From the NCBI GenBank assembly GCA_036170655.1, contig JAVHPP010000151.1, forward strand, positions 1-29,550: DNA of 29,550 nt, in the 5' to 3' direction. Numbering within the stretch: the first letter of the stretch is position 1; every line of letters starts with the position of its first letter. Below, piece after piece: positions 1 to 9,398 of the stretch. Both the position numbers and the translations under genes were made by a program. The stretch comes from Candidatus Zixiibacteriota bacterium (GTDB lineage: Bacteria; Zixibacteria; MSB-5A5; WJJR01). The notes under the pieces were generated by a model, which saw only the letters and a list, made by a program, of their open reading frames with translations, made no database searches and was not told where the DNA came from.

Positions 1-8
1 GCCGCTGT

Positions 9-54
9 GCGCCCGCCGCATCTTCGTGTTGTGAAGTGACACGGAGGCGGGCGT
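9..54. terminator. Long GC-rich hairpin directly after the nuoD2 stop; possible terminator, better formed on the + strand
   Basis: GCGCCCGCC (9-17) pairs with GGCGGGCGT (46-54); inner CTTCGTGT/ACACGGAG stem; G-U pairs and a short T run favour the + strand. Confidence 0.45.
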
Positions 55-1281
55 TTATCGGTCAATCTCGCCCAGCACGATGTCGAAGGACGCGACGGTC
101 GCCACAACGTCAGCAATCAGCATCGGTGTCTTCGCGTGCTGGACAATGGCATCAATCGAGGAGATCGCGGTGAAGCATGGCGAACGCACCTTGCAGCGTA
201 ACGGGACCTCTGAGCCGTCCGACACGATGTAGTAGCCGAGGTCACCTCGCGGCGTCTCGGTCCGAGCGTAGATTTCGCCCTTGGGGGGGCGGACCTTGCG
301 CGGGACCGTTTCCCGGACGTCGCCGTCGGTAGGGATTCCATCGAGAGCCTGGTGGCAGATTCTCACCGATTCGGTCATCTCTTCGATGCGGACCATGTAA
401 CGATCCCACGCCGAGCCAATCGGGCCGAACCGCCCCGTGCCCAGAGCAACTTTCCAGTCGAAGCGGTCGTAGATGGAGTACGGATCATCGCGTCGCAGAT
501 CCCAGTCGATACCCGAGCCGCGCAAATTGGGGCCTGTCACACCATAGGAGATGGCGATATCAGGAGGGAGAATGCCGACATTGGCCGTACGGTTGATGAA
601 GATGTAGTTGTAACTCAGAATGTCGTTGAAATCTTTGATCTTCGGTTGGAAATACTTCAGGAACTGACGTGCCTTGTCGGTCCAGCCCTCCGGCAGGTCG
701 CGCGCGAGACCGCCAATCCAGATGTAGTTGTATAACATGCGCGCGCCGGTGAGCCACTCCAAGAGATCAAGTATCTTCTCGCGATCACGAAACGCCCAGA
801 GGAACGGTGTGTACGCGCCCATGTCGAGGCCGTACGTGCCGAATGCGACCAGATGGCTGGCGATCCGCTGGAGTTCGCAGACGATGACGCGGATATACTC
901 GACCCGCTCCGGAACCTTGATCCCCATGAGCCGCTCGACGGCCACTGCCAGCCCCATGTTCTGGCTCATTGCGGCGATGTAATCCATGCGATCGGTAAAG
1001 GGCACAATCTCGGCGTAGGGGAGATTCTCCGCGTGTTTCTCGAAGCAGCGGTGCAGATACCCGATGTGCGGCCGCACGACGTTGACCGCCTCGCCGTCCA
1101 TGGTAAGTTCGAGACGGAGCACCCCGTGCGTGGACGGGTGCTGCGGCCCCATGTTGATTTTGTAGGTGTCAGTCAGGTAGGCGCCCGAATATTTCTCGGG
1201 AGGGGCGCCGACATTGATCAGCAGATCATTGTCTTCCATTTCGTAGCGCGGCGGCGCCTGTGGGGCAAAGACATCATTCAT
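55..1281 (-). CDS. nuoD: NADH-quinone oxidoreductase subunit D, copy 2 (short type)
   Basis: NMGPQHPSTHGVLRL, GYLHRCFEK, DRMDY, ETPRGDLG, C-terminal DIVLGEIDR; no Ni-binding CxxC pairs; GGAG RBS before ATG. Confidence 0.96.
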   Translation of the reverse strand: MNDVFAPQAPPRYEMEDNDLLINVGAPPEKYSGAYLTDTYKINMGPQHPSTHGVLRLELTMDGEAVNVVRPHIGYLHRCFEKHAENLPYAEIVPFTDRMDYIAAMSQNMGLAVAVERLMGIKVPERVEYIRVIVCELQRIASHLVAFGTYGLDMGAYTPFLWAFRDREKILDLLEWLTGARMLYNYIWIGGLARDLPEGWTDKARQFLKYFQPKIKDFNDILSYNYIFINRTANVGILPPDIAISYGVTGPNLRGSGIDWDLRRDDPYSIYDRFDWKVALGTGRFGPIGSAWDRYMVRIEEMTESVRICHQALDGIPTDGDVRETVPRKVRPPKGEIYARTETPRGDLGYYIVSDGSEVPLRCKVRSPCFTAISSIDAIVQHAKTPMLIADVVATVASFDIVLGEIDR

Positions 1282-1329
1282 TCTGACAGCTCTCCGAAAC
1301 TCACGTTGACCATTCCGTTTCCCCGGCGA

Positions 1330-1905
1330 TCAATTGGCGGCACCCGGCGCAGGAAGCATGGGAATGAAATGGCGCTTGGTGTTCAGACGGAACTGCCGCC
1401 GGTCGCGCAAGCGCTGATCGCCGACGACATACACATAGACCCAACTGATCCCTTTGCTATGCTCGATTTGATCGACCGGCCAGCCCTTCGAGCCGAGCGT
1501 ATAGGACCCCTCGATCATATTCGCGAAATCATACACAATCAGCCCCAGTCCAGTGGAATCAGCGACGACCACCCGCAGAGCCATTGCGCGGTTGATGCGG
1601 ATATAGAAGTACTCCTCATCGTCGGGCGCGGGGGCTGAGATCTTTTCGTGCTCGGAGCGCGACTGGACGACGATCGCGGTATCGACATTGAATGGGCGCA
1701 GCGTCGAGTAGTTCGGCGCCAGCCGCAGGAAGTCCCCCCCGTCTGCCCGCAGCAGGTATTCGTAATTATGATCAAAGAGCTCGCCCGATGACTGTTGTGC
1801 AATGGGTCGGCCACTGCTGTCCTTGCCGGAGCATCCGGCAATCAGGACGAGGCAGCAGAGCGCGGCCAATCCAGAAACCAAAACCGTGACCCGTGCTTTC
1901 CTCAT
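1330..1905 (-). CDS. Hypothetical lipoprotein within the nuo cluster
   Basis: Basic N-terminus MRKARV, hydrophobic stretch, lipobox LIAG-C; GGGAGA RBS 9 nt before ATG 1905. Confidence 0.75.
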   Translation of the reverse strand: MRKARVTVLVSGLAALCCLVLIAGCSGKDSSGRPIAQQSSGELFDHNYEYLLRADGGDFLRLAPNYSTLRPFNVDTAIVVQSRSEHEKISAPAPDDEEYFYIRINRAMALRVVVADSTGLGLIVYDFANMIEGSYTLGSKGWPVDQIEHSKGISWVYVYVVGDQRLRDRRQFRLNTKRHFIPMLPAPGAAN

Positions 1906-1950
1906 GTTCATGAATCTCCCTCTGCTCACCGGCGTCAAAGAACCTTTGTG

Positions 1951-2457
1951 CTACGGGTGGATGCCGACGGTCAGTGTCTTGCCATTGACCGATGTGCGGA
2001 TGCGTGTGACTTCCTCTTCCGTGTGGGTTGCGTAGTGATGAATGAGATTGCCCCGGTTGTAAACTGAGTTCTCGTACGACGGTGTCATCTGGAGACATTC
2101 TGTCGGACAGGGATCGGTGCACAGCGAGCAGAAGCAACATTTGGCGAAATCAATGTCGAATCGCAGGACATGCAGCTTCTTCTTCTGCCCGTCGGATGTC
2201 GTGCCCAAGTCTTCGTCTTTTCCGGCCTTGGCGGTCTCGATGGCGATGCAGTCGACCGGGCAGACCCGCGCGCACTGCAGGCAGCCGATGCAGTCTTCGA
2301 TCTTGTTGAAGAGCCGCCCCTTTGCCCCCTTCGGAAGATTCCATGTCTCGTCGGGGTATTGCATCGTGGTTGGCGTCTTCCACAGATGCGCGAAGGTCAC
2401 GCGCAACCCCACGAGCAGTGACCAAAAGCCCACGACCTGTCGTTTGAGATCACTCAT
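1951..2457 (-). CDS. nuoI: NADH-quinone oxidoreductase subunit I, copy 2
   Basis: TMQYP, CIGCLQCARVCP and FDIDFAKCCFCSLCTDPCP 2x[4Fe-4S] motifs. Confidence 0.92.
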   Translation of the reverse strand: MSDLKRQVVGFWSLLVGLRVTFAHLWKTPTTMQYPDETWNLPKGAKGRLFNKIEDCIGCLQCARVCPVDCIAIETAKAGKDEDLGTTSDGQKKKLHVLRFDIDFAKCCFCSLCTDPCPTECLQMTPSYENSVYNRGNLIHHYATHTEEEVTRIRTSVNGKTLTVGIHP

Positions 2458-2471
2458 CGGTCACTCCAGAT

Positions 2472-3062
2472 TCACGCTTCGTTACCGGACATGCTCTTGA
2501 GGTCCGGTTCCCGCCGCTGGGGCGGGTTCACGCGCTGATCCGCGATGTCCTGTGATACCCAATGCCCGCGGTTTGGATCCTGACCTTGCGGATACGGAAC
2601 TTTTAATCCGCGGTAGTATTCCTGAACGACATAGTCTTTGCGCAACGGCCATCCTTCCCAGTCGTCCGGGCAGAGAAGGCGCCGCAGATCATGGTGGCCA
2701 TCGAAGACAATCCCCATCATGTCGTACGCTTCCCGTTCGTGCCAGTCGGCCGTTCCGAACAGGGTTGAGATCGTGGGGACATGGGGATTGTCCCGGTCGG
2801 ACAGTTCAACTTTGAGGGTGATGCGGTGCTTGTGTTTCATTGAATGAAGGTTGTACACGACCTCCAGCTTGTCTTTAAGATCGACTGCTGACAGGCACAT
2901 CAGCGACGTCAGGTCGATGCCGGGTTCGTCGCGAAGCCACTGACAGACGTCCGCGATCGATTGCGTCTCAACAACGCAGAACGGATCGACGCCTTCAGTC
3001 AGTTCGCCGAGGCGGTCACCGAATCGGGCTTTCAACCGTGCGTGAATCTCTTGAGTGGTCAT
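2472..3062 (-). CDS. nuoC: NADH-quinone oxidoreductase subunit C, copy 2
   Basis: ADWHEREAYDMMGIVFDGHHDLRRLL and GWPLRKDY signatures. Confidence 0.95.
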   Translation of the reverse strand: MTTQEIHARLKARFGDRLGELTEGVDPFCVVETQSIADVCQWLRDEPGIDLTSLMCLSAVDLKDKLEVVYNLHSMKHKHRITLKVELSDRDNPHVPTISTLFGTADWHEREAYDMMGIVFDGHHDLRRLLCPDDWEGWPLRKDYVVQEYYRGLKVPYPQGQDPNRGHWVSQDIADQRVNPPQRREPDLKSMSGNEA

Positions 3063-3081
3063 CGACTCTTGCTCCGTATCT

Positions 3082-3639
3082 TCATGCCGCCATCATTGGT
3101 GCCAGTTTTTTCCCCAACAGCGCTTCGCGTTTGATCTTCTCCTGCAGCATCATCAGGCCTTCCAGCAGCGCCTCGGGACGCGGCGGACATCCGGCCACGT
3201 ACACATCGACCGGCACAATCTGGTCAACACCCTTCAGGACGTGGTACCCATGCTTCCAGTAGGGGCCGCCGCAGGTCGCGCACGAGCCCATGGAGACGAC
3301 ATACTTTGGCTCCGGCATTTGCTCGTAGAGCTTCTTCACGCGCAGCGCCATCTTCATTGTGACCGTGCCGGCGACAATCATCAGATCGCTCTGGCGCGGG
3401 GAGGCGCGCATCACGCCCATTCCGAAACGGTCAAGGTCATACCGCCCAGCCGCCGTTGCCATCATCTCGATCGCGCAGCAGGCCAGCCCAAAAGTCATCG
3501 GCCACACCGACGACTGACGTGCCCACGCCAGAACCTTGTCCACAGAGGTGACGATCACGTTGTTCCCGTGCCGTCCTTCCAGTGGAAGTGTATTCTCCGC
3601 CTTTTCTTGGATCTTCAATTCCGTTTGAGTCTCAGCCAT
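3082..3639 (-). CDS. nuoB: NADH-quinone oxidoreductase subunit B, copy 2
   Basis: [33 protein letters not shown] (N2 ligands); AAGGA RBS before ATG 3639. Confidence 0.95.
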   Translation of the reverse strand: MAETQTELKIQEKAENTLPLEGRHGNNVIVTSVDKVLAWARQSSVWPMTFGLACCAIEMMATAAGRYDLDRFGMGVMRASPRQSDLMIVAGTVTMKMALRVKKLYEQMPEPKYVVSMGSCATCGGPYWKHGYHVLKGVDQIVPVDVYVAGCPPRPEALLEGLMMLQEKIKREALLGKKLAPMMAA

Positions 3640-3728
3640 TCTCTGATCCTTCCGGTCGGTCGAACTGGGCTTCAGAGATGTACGGGACTTGCGGCGCGCC
3701 GATTGGCGCAATCAGCAATTCCCGCATG

Positions 3729-4313
3729 CTATTGTACCAGTTGTCTTTGCAGGAAGTCAACGGGTTTGTCCCCCCGTTCCGTCTTCGGTGGCAAAGAAAG
3801 GAGGGTGTCGATATTCAGGATCATGCCCTCGCGTGACAGGGAGCCGATTTCGGTGATGCCGGTATCCATACGAATGGCGTCCTCGGGACATGCCTCGACA
3901 CAGAAGCCACAGAAGACGCACCGTCCGATATCGATATCGAACGACTTGGGGCGTTTCTCGATTGTGGGATCATCCACCTCTTCCGCCACGATCTGGATGC
4001 AGAAAGCTGGGCAGACCGTCTCGCACATCATGCAGGCGACACAGCGCGGTGTGCCGTCGGGACGCCTGGTCAGACGGTGAAGGGTCCGCAGGCGGGGCGA
4101 CTGTGGCCGGCGCACCTCCGGGTATTGAAAGGTCGCGGCTCCGGCAGGACCATGGCTGAAGCCAAACAGATGCAGTGTGTGGCGCCACAGATTGACAAAG
4201 AAATGGCGCGCCGTCAGATTCAAGCCCCGCAGAACTTCGATCAAGTAGATCCGTTCCCAAAACGTGAGGGTCCGCCGCCGCTCGGAAACATTGATGACTC
4301 TGACCGTGCCCAT
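3729..4313 (-). CDS. nuoI: NADH-quinone oxidoreductase subunit I, copy 1
   Basis: TFQYPE, CVACMMCETVCP, FDIDIGRCVFCGFCVEACP; ATG 4313 lies just after the nuoH stop. Confidence 0.93.
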   Translation of the reverse strand: MGTVRVINVSERRRTLTFWERIYLIEVLRGLNLTARHFFVNLWRHTLHLFGFSHGPAGAATFQYPEVRRPQSPRLRTLHRLTRRPDGTPRCVACMMCETVCPAFCIQIVAEEVDDPTIEKRPKSFDIDIGRCVFCGFCVEACPEDAIRMDTGITEIGSLSREGMILNIDTLLSLPPKTERGDKPVDFLQRQLVQ

Positions 4314-4324
4314 GGCCAATCTTC

Positions 4325-5416
4325 TCACCGATCCAACCACAACACCACCACGGCCGTCACGAGCGCGTTGGCCAGCGACAACGGCAGAAGGCCTTTCCAT
4401 CCCAGATTCATGAGCTGATCGAAGCGGAATCGGGGCAATGTCCAGCGGATCAGCATCTGCAACCAGCAGAAGAAGCCCACCTTGACAACGAACGAGGCGA
4501 CACGCATCAGCTCGACCACCCACTCGTTCAGACTCCAGACCGTCCCCCATGGAAAGACAAATCCCGAATTTGCGAGGTATGGCACCTGCCAGCCGCCGAA
4601 GAAAAAGGTCGTCACCAGCGAGGCGATGAGAATCTGCTCGATAAAGTCCGCGAACATGAACATGCCGAACTTCATTGAGGAGTACTCGAGGAAAAAGCCG
4701 ATGATCTCCGACTCGCCTTCGGGAATATCAAACGGAATGCGCTTGGTCTCGGCGACGCCCGCGGTGAAAAACAGGATCAATCCCAGCGGCTGTACCAGCA
4801 CACCCCAGCGTGGCAGAAAGCCGAATAGCAAGCCACCTTGGGCATGGACAATCTCTTGCAGCGACAATGTCTGAAAGATGAGGATGACCCCGACCAGGGT
4901 CAGCCCGAACGTGATCTCATAGGAGATCATCTGCGCCGAGGCACGGATTCCTCCCAAGAGCGAATAGTTGTTGTTGGACGACCACCCCGCCAGAACCACG
5001 CCGTAAACCGACATCGACATCAGCGCGAATATGAACAAGATGCCGACGTTAATATCCGCAACCTGCAGGGGGATGGTATGTCCGGCAATCGTGATCGCAT
5101 GGCCGAAGGGAATCACGGCAAAGGCCAGCAGGGCAAAGAAGATTGAGAGGACCGGCGCCAGCGCGTGGATGATCTTATGCAGCGTGTTCGGGACAAAGTC
5201 TTCTTTCGTAAACATCTTCACCGCATCGGCGATGATGTGAAACAGTCCCCAGAGGCGCAGGCCCAGGATGGATGCCCGGTTGGCGCCAATGCGGTCCTGC
5301 ATGATCGCCGACTGCTTGCGCTCCACCCACGTGAGCAGACCGCCCAAGGTCAATGCAAACAGAACGATGAAGATCGTCTTGCCGACGGCCGCAACGATTT
5401 CAAAACCAGTATCCAT
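4325..5416 (-). CDS. nuoH: NADH-quinone oxidoreductase subunit H
   Basis: ERKQSAIMQDRIG, AQMISYE, PFDIPEGESE, RWTLPRFRFDQLM; multiple transmembrane helices. Confidence 0.96.
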   Translation of the reverse strand: MDTGFEIVAAVGKTIFIVLFALTLGGLLTWVERKQSAIMQDRIGANRASILGLRLWGLFHIIADAVKMFTKEDFVPNTLHKIIHALAPVLSIFFALLAFAVIPFGHAITIAGHTIPLQVADINVGILFIFALMSMSVYGVVLAGWSSNNNYSLLGGIRASAQMISYEITFGLTLVGVILIFQTLSLQEIVHAQGGLLFGFLPRWGVLVQPLGLILFFTAGVAETKRIPFDIPEGESEIIGFFLEYSSMKFGMFMFADFIEQILIASLVTTFFFGGWQVPYLANSGFVFPWGTVWSLNEWVVELMRVASFVVKVGFFCWLQMLIRWTLPRFRFDQLMNLGWKGLLPLSLANALVTAVVVLWLDR

Positions 5417-5426
5417 TCGTCCGATC

Positions 5427-7067
5427 TCACGCGCTGGCGGCTATTGTCTTCCGCTGTGCGGGATTGACCCCAGAGTCGCCAAGCACGTCATAGGTCAAAC
5501 CGCCAAAGTACTCCACATGCTGTGCAAGTTTGACAAAGCAATTCTCGGGGTTGCGTGGCGTCGCCTCGAGTTCCCATCGGTTGGCCAAGTCCGCGAGAAT
5601 ATCCAGCAACGGACGGCTCTGCCCGACCGGGGGGATCGCCTGTGTGAACCGTTGCACCCGGCCCTCGAAGTTGCAGATCGTCCCATCCATCTCGGCATAG
5701 GTGGTCATGGGCAGAACGGCCGCCGCCATGTCCGTGAGGACCGACCGGTGTGTCTGGATGGCGATGATCAGTTCGACGCTCCGAAGTTTGCTGCGCAGGG
5801 TCTCGGGGTCGAAGCGTCCGGCCAACCCGTCGCCGACGATGAACAACGTCTTAATCTTCGCGCTGGCGGCCGCGTCGAGCACAGTCTCGACATCCGGATC
5901 GGCCGTATGCGGCTGGCCGACGATCGTGTGTGCGCCGAAAGAATTTGGGAATGTATCGGACTTGCGGAGGAGGTTGTCCTCAACGCCTTGGGGATCAGAC
6001 GGGCAACGGTGCGCAATTTTCTCGATCTTCATACCATCCTTGAACAGACGGTGCACGGCCCATAGTTCTTCGTTGGAAAGAGAGGGTGTCACAATGACCG
6101 CGGCGGCCGCGACCCCGTGCTGTCCGATCTGATGGGTGACCTGCTCATCCACCTGCGACAGGGCCAGAACCCAGTCGGTTTTTTCGGCCATGCCGCCGGT
6201 CATGCGCACCAGCGGTTGGAGAATGCGGTCTGCCGATTCGACGGCCTTGTACGAATACCGTCCCGCATCGCACATCCAATGGCCATTCACTGCGCTGTTG
6301 AACCGCGGCTTGAGCCGCGCGATGAGCTTGCCATCGTTGTGATGCGTCCGCCGGCGGTTGCTGTGAATCTCAATGTTGCAACCACGCGAACAGCCGTGGC
6401 AGACCGACTCCGTCGCGTCGAGATACCAGACGCGCACCTTGAAGCGGAAATCACGGTCGGTCAGCGCCCCGACCGGGCAGACATCGGCAAGGCAGCCCGA
6501 ATAGGGATTGTCGACGGTCACGCCATGGACCGGCAACAACTCGCAGTGGTTGCCGCGATTGAAGATCCCCAGCTCGTGCGTTTTGGTCACTTCGTCGACA
6601 AAGCGCACGCAACGCGAGCAGAGAATACAGCGTTCCGAGTCGAGCATGATGTGCGGCCCGATGGGAATCGCCTTGTGCTTCTTCAGTTTATTTTCCAGCA
6701 GGGTCGAGTCATACCGCCCGAACTGCATGTAGAATTCCTGGAGTTTGCATTCGCCCGCCTGATCGCAGACGGGACAATCCAAGGGGTGGTTCGCCAGCAG
6801 GAACTCGAGAATTGCCTGACGTGCGACCGTCACCTTATCGGTTGTTGTGCGCACGACCATCCCCTCGGTCACAAAGGTGTAGCAGGCGATCTGCAGCTTG
6901 GGCGCCTTCTCGATTTCGACCAGACACATGCGGCACGATCCTGCGACCGACAGGCCAGGGTGGTAGCAATAACGCGGGATAAAAATGCCCAGCTTTTCCG
7001 CGGCCTGGATGACGGTCGTCCCAGCGGGAACGTCAATCGTGCGATTGTCGATGGTTACAGTTGGCAT
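5427..7067 (-). CDS. nuoG: NADH-quinone oxidoreductase subunit G (short, 546 aa)
   Basis: PRYCYHPGLSVAGSCRMC, HPLDCPVCDQAGEC, RCILCSRCVRF, plus CHGCSRGC...C (N7-type cluster); shortened molybdopterin-like domain. Confidence 0.92.
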   Translation of the reverse strand: MPTVTIDNRTIDVPAGTTVIQAAEKLGIFIPRYCYHPGLSVAGSCRMCLVEIEKAPKLQIACYTFVTEGMVVRTTTDKVTVARQAILEFLLANHPLDCPVCDQAGECKLQEFYMQFGRYDSTLLENKLKKHKAIPIGPHIMLDSERCILCSRCVRFVDEVTKTHELGIFNRGNHCELLPVHGVTVDNPYSGCLADVCPVGALTDRDFRFKVRVWYLDATESVCHGCSRGCNIEIHSNRRRTHHNDGKLIARLKPRFNSAVNGHWMCDAGRYSYKAVESADRILQPLVRMTGGMAEKTDWVLALSQVDEQVTHQIGQHGVAAAAVIVTPSLSNEELWAVHRLFKDGMKIEKIAHRCPSDPQGVEDNLLRKSDTFPNSFGAHTIVGQPHTADPDVETVLDAAASAKIKTLFIVGDGLAGRFDPETLRSKLRSVELIIAIQTHRSVLTDMAAAVLPMTTYAEMDGTICNFEGRVQRFTQAIPPVGQSRPLLDILADLANRWELEATPRNPENCFVKLAQHVEYFGGLTYDVLGDSGVNPAQRKTIAASA

Positions 7068-7096
7068 ATTGGATCGGGCGGCGCTCTCCTGCCGAT

Positions 7097-7408
7097 TTAC
7101 TCGTTGTAATTGGCCGGGGCTCCCAGCCCTTCGATCTTCACGTAGTTGCGGTCGTAGTCGTCAATCGGTATCATGTCGATTGTTTCCCACGGACAGTTCT
7201 TCTCACACAGACGGCATCCGATGCAGAGATCTTCGACCACACGGACGGTCTGGCTGAAATTGGGATGAGCAGGGTCAGGGCCGGGGACCGGCCGGATGCA
7301 GTTTGGCACCGGACAGAAGTCGATGCAGACTTCGCACCCGGTGCACCCCTCCTCAGTGATGACCGCCATCAACTTGGGGCGTTTCTTGGTCTTGACTGCT
7401 TCCGCCAT
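7097..7408 (-). CDS. 2x[4Fe-4S] dicluster ferredoxin between nuoF and nuoG
   Basis: CTGCEVCIDFCP and CIGCRLCEKNCP; AAGG RBS before ATG 7408. Confidence 0.88.
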   Translation of the reverse strand: MAEAVKTKKRPKLMAVITEEGCTGCEVCIDFCPVPNCIRPVPGPDPAHPNFSQTVRVVEDLCIGCRLCEKNCPWETIDMIPIDDYDRNYVKIEGLGAPANYNE

Positions 7409-7507
7409 GTCGTCACGCCTTTTCTGACCGTCAGGATTTGGATGGCACGTCTCTTTCTTACGTCTTTTGTCGTCCAACTGGTTGGTCTGCCCGATACTGT
7501 CCTGTTA

Positions 7508-8824
7508 TCACACGGCAACGGCCGACCGACCGGGCATTTTCTCCCCGATGTGGGTAATGGGTGCCTCCCGGGCGCTGATTGGACGGCCTCGCTTGATCCA
7601 TTCCTCAAACTCGCCGCGAAACTTCGTCACATAACTGATGACCGGCATCGCTGCCGCATCACCGAGCGGGCAGATTGTGTTTCCAATGATATTTCGGGCA
7701 ATGCGCACGAGGTTGTCCGCGTCGCCCGCGCTGCCATCGCCCGCAATGATCCGATGGATGATCTTTTCCATCCACGCCGTTCCTTCCCGGCACGGTGTGC
7801 ACTGCCCGCAGGATTCATGCGCGTAGAAACGAGACAGAACCAGGAGCGCTTCGGGGATCGAAACGGTTTCGTCAAAGACGATGATGCCCGCCGAGCCCAG
7901 CATCGATCCGATCTTTGCCAGCGAGTCGAAGTCCATGGGGACATCGATTTCGTCGGGCGTGAGGATTGGCGAGGACGATCCTCCCGGAATGACCGCCTTG
8001 AGCTTGCGGTCGCCGGCGATCCCGCCGGCATGCTCGTAGATGATCTGGCGAAGCGGTGTCCCCATGGGGAGTTCATAGACACCCGGTTTCTTCACCCGTC
8101 CGGACACGGAATACATGCGCAGCCCGCCGTTGCGTTCGCTCCCCAGATCGGCGAAGGCCTGCGCGCCCATTTCGATGACGAAGGGGACGTAAGATAACGT
8201 CTCGATATTGTTGACAACGGTGGGGCAGCGCTGGTACCCCTCGACAGCGGGGAAGGGCGGTTTGAGACGTGGCCACCCGCGTTTGCCTTCCAACGATTCC
8301 AGCAGCGCTGTTTCCTCACCGCAGATGTAGGCGCCGGCGCCCCGATGCACGACGATGTCGAGCGCGAAGTCATGACCCATAACGCGCTCGCCGAGAATGC
8401 CCGCGCCCTTCGCTTCGGCAATCGCGCTTTCCACTCGTTGGATGGGCAGGTCATACTCTCCACGAATGTAGATGAACGCCTTGTGGCATTGAATGGCCCA
8501 GCAGGTGATGATGATCCCCTCGATCAAGAGGTGGGGATCGTGGATCATGATATATTTGTCCTTGACGGTTCCCGGCTCGCCTTCGTCACCGTTGACCACC
8601 AGATAGCGGGGTTTCGGAGAACCCTTCGGGAGAAAGCTCCACTTGCGTCCCGCCGGAAATCCCGCGCCACCCAGCCCCCGCAGGTTTGACTTGATGACCT
8701 CCTGCACGATGTCATCGGGCGTGCGGGCGATCGCCGCTGCCACCCGCGAGTAGGCGCCGTCCGCCTGCGCGACCGCGAGAGTATGCGAGTTCTCCTTGCC
8801 GATGTTTCTGGTGACGAGTTTCAT
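7508..8824 (-). CDS. nuoF: NADH-quinone oxidoreductase subunit F
   Basis: LRGLGGAGFP, NGDEGEPG, GAGAYICGEETALLESLEG, ESCGQCTPCREG, TICPLGD. Confidence 0.97.
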   Translation of the reverse strand: MKLVTRNIGKENSHTLAVAQADGAYSRVAAAIARTPDDIVQEVIKSNLRGLGGAGFPAGRKWSFLPKGSPKPRYLVVNGDEGEPGTVKDKYIMIHDPHLLIEGIIITCWAIQCHKAFIYIRGEYDLPIQRVESAIAEAKGAGILGERVMGHDFALDIVVHRGAGAYICGEETALLESLEGKRGWPRLKPPFPAVEGYQRCPTVVNNIETLSYVPFVIEMGAQAFADLGSERNGGLRMYSVSGRVKKPGVYELPMGTPLRQIIYEHAGGIAGDRKLKAVIPGGSSSPILTPDEIDVPMDFDSLAKIGSMLGSAGIIVFDETVSIPEALLVLSRFYAHESCGQCTPCREGTAWMEKIIHRIIAGDGSAGDADNLVRIARNIIGNTICPLGDAAAMPVISYVTKFRGEFEEWIKRGRPISAREAPITHIGEKMPGRSAVAV

Positions 8825-8876
8825 TCGGTCCGCGAGTTCTATCTGATGCCGGATATGCTGTCCGCCGGTGTGACGG

Positions 8877-9398
8877 TTACAACGCCTCAGAGATGATCTG
8901 GTCGATCTTCTCCCGTGTCAGATTCCCCTCGTAGCGATTGTCGATACGCAACGCCGGCGCGCATTCGCAGTAGGCCAGACATTCGACCTCTTCGAGACTG
9001 AACCGGCCATCAGCGGTCACTTCGCCGGGATGGATACCGAGCCTTGCCTTAAAGTATTCGAGCAGTTCCGGTGCATTGGCCATCCAGCAGGCAATGTTGC
9101 GGCAGATCTGGATATGATGACGGCCCAACGGCCTCTTGGGGAACATCGTGTAGAAAGTCACGACCGCATGGATTTCATTGAGCGGACGCTCGAGCACATC
9201 GGCCGCGATCGCCTCGACCTGTGGCGAGATCCACCCGAACTCCTTAACGGCCAGCCACAGGACCGGCAGGGTCGCTGACTTCTTGTCCGGATAGCGGGTG
9301 AAAATAACGTCAATCTCACGGCGCGCCGTCTCCGGCCAGCTCACAGGGCCGGGGTGCTCGACCTGCTCAAACTCCGGCATGCTCATTTCTGTGCTCAT
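8877..9398 (-). CDS. nuoE: NADH-quinone oxidoreductase subunit E
   Basis: VVTFYTMF, ICRNIAC...ECLAYC [2Fe-2S] ligands; ATGA overlap with the nuoD1 stop. Confidence 0.94.
   Translation of the reverse strand: MSTEMSMPEFEQVEHPGPVSWPETARREIDVIFTRYPDKKSATLPVLWLAVKEFGWISPQVEAIAADVLERPLNEIHAVVTFYTMFPKRPLGRHHIQICRNIACWMANAPELLEYFKARLGIHPGEVTADGRFSLEEVECLAYCECAPALRIDNRYEGNLTREKIDQIISEAL

Noticed and set aside
6117..8197. Long + strand ORFs 6117-7109 and 7061-8197 (also 853-1638, 3055-4080, 5268-6065)
   Set aside because: Antisense shadows of well-supported GC-rich nuo genes; no recognisable motifs.
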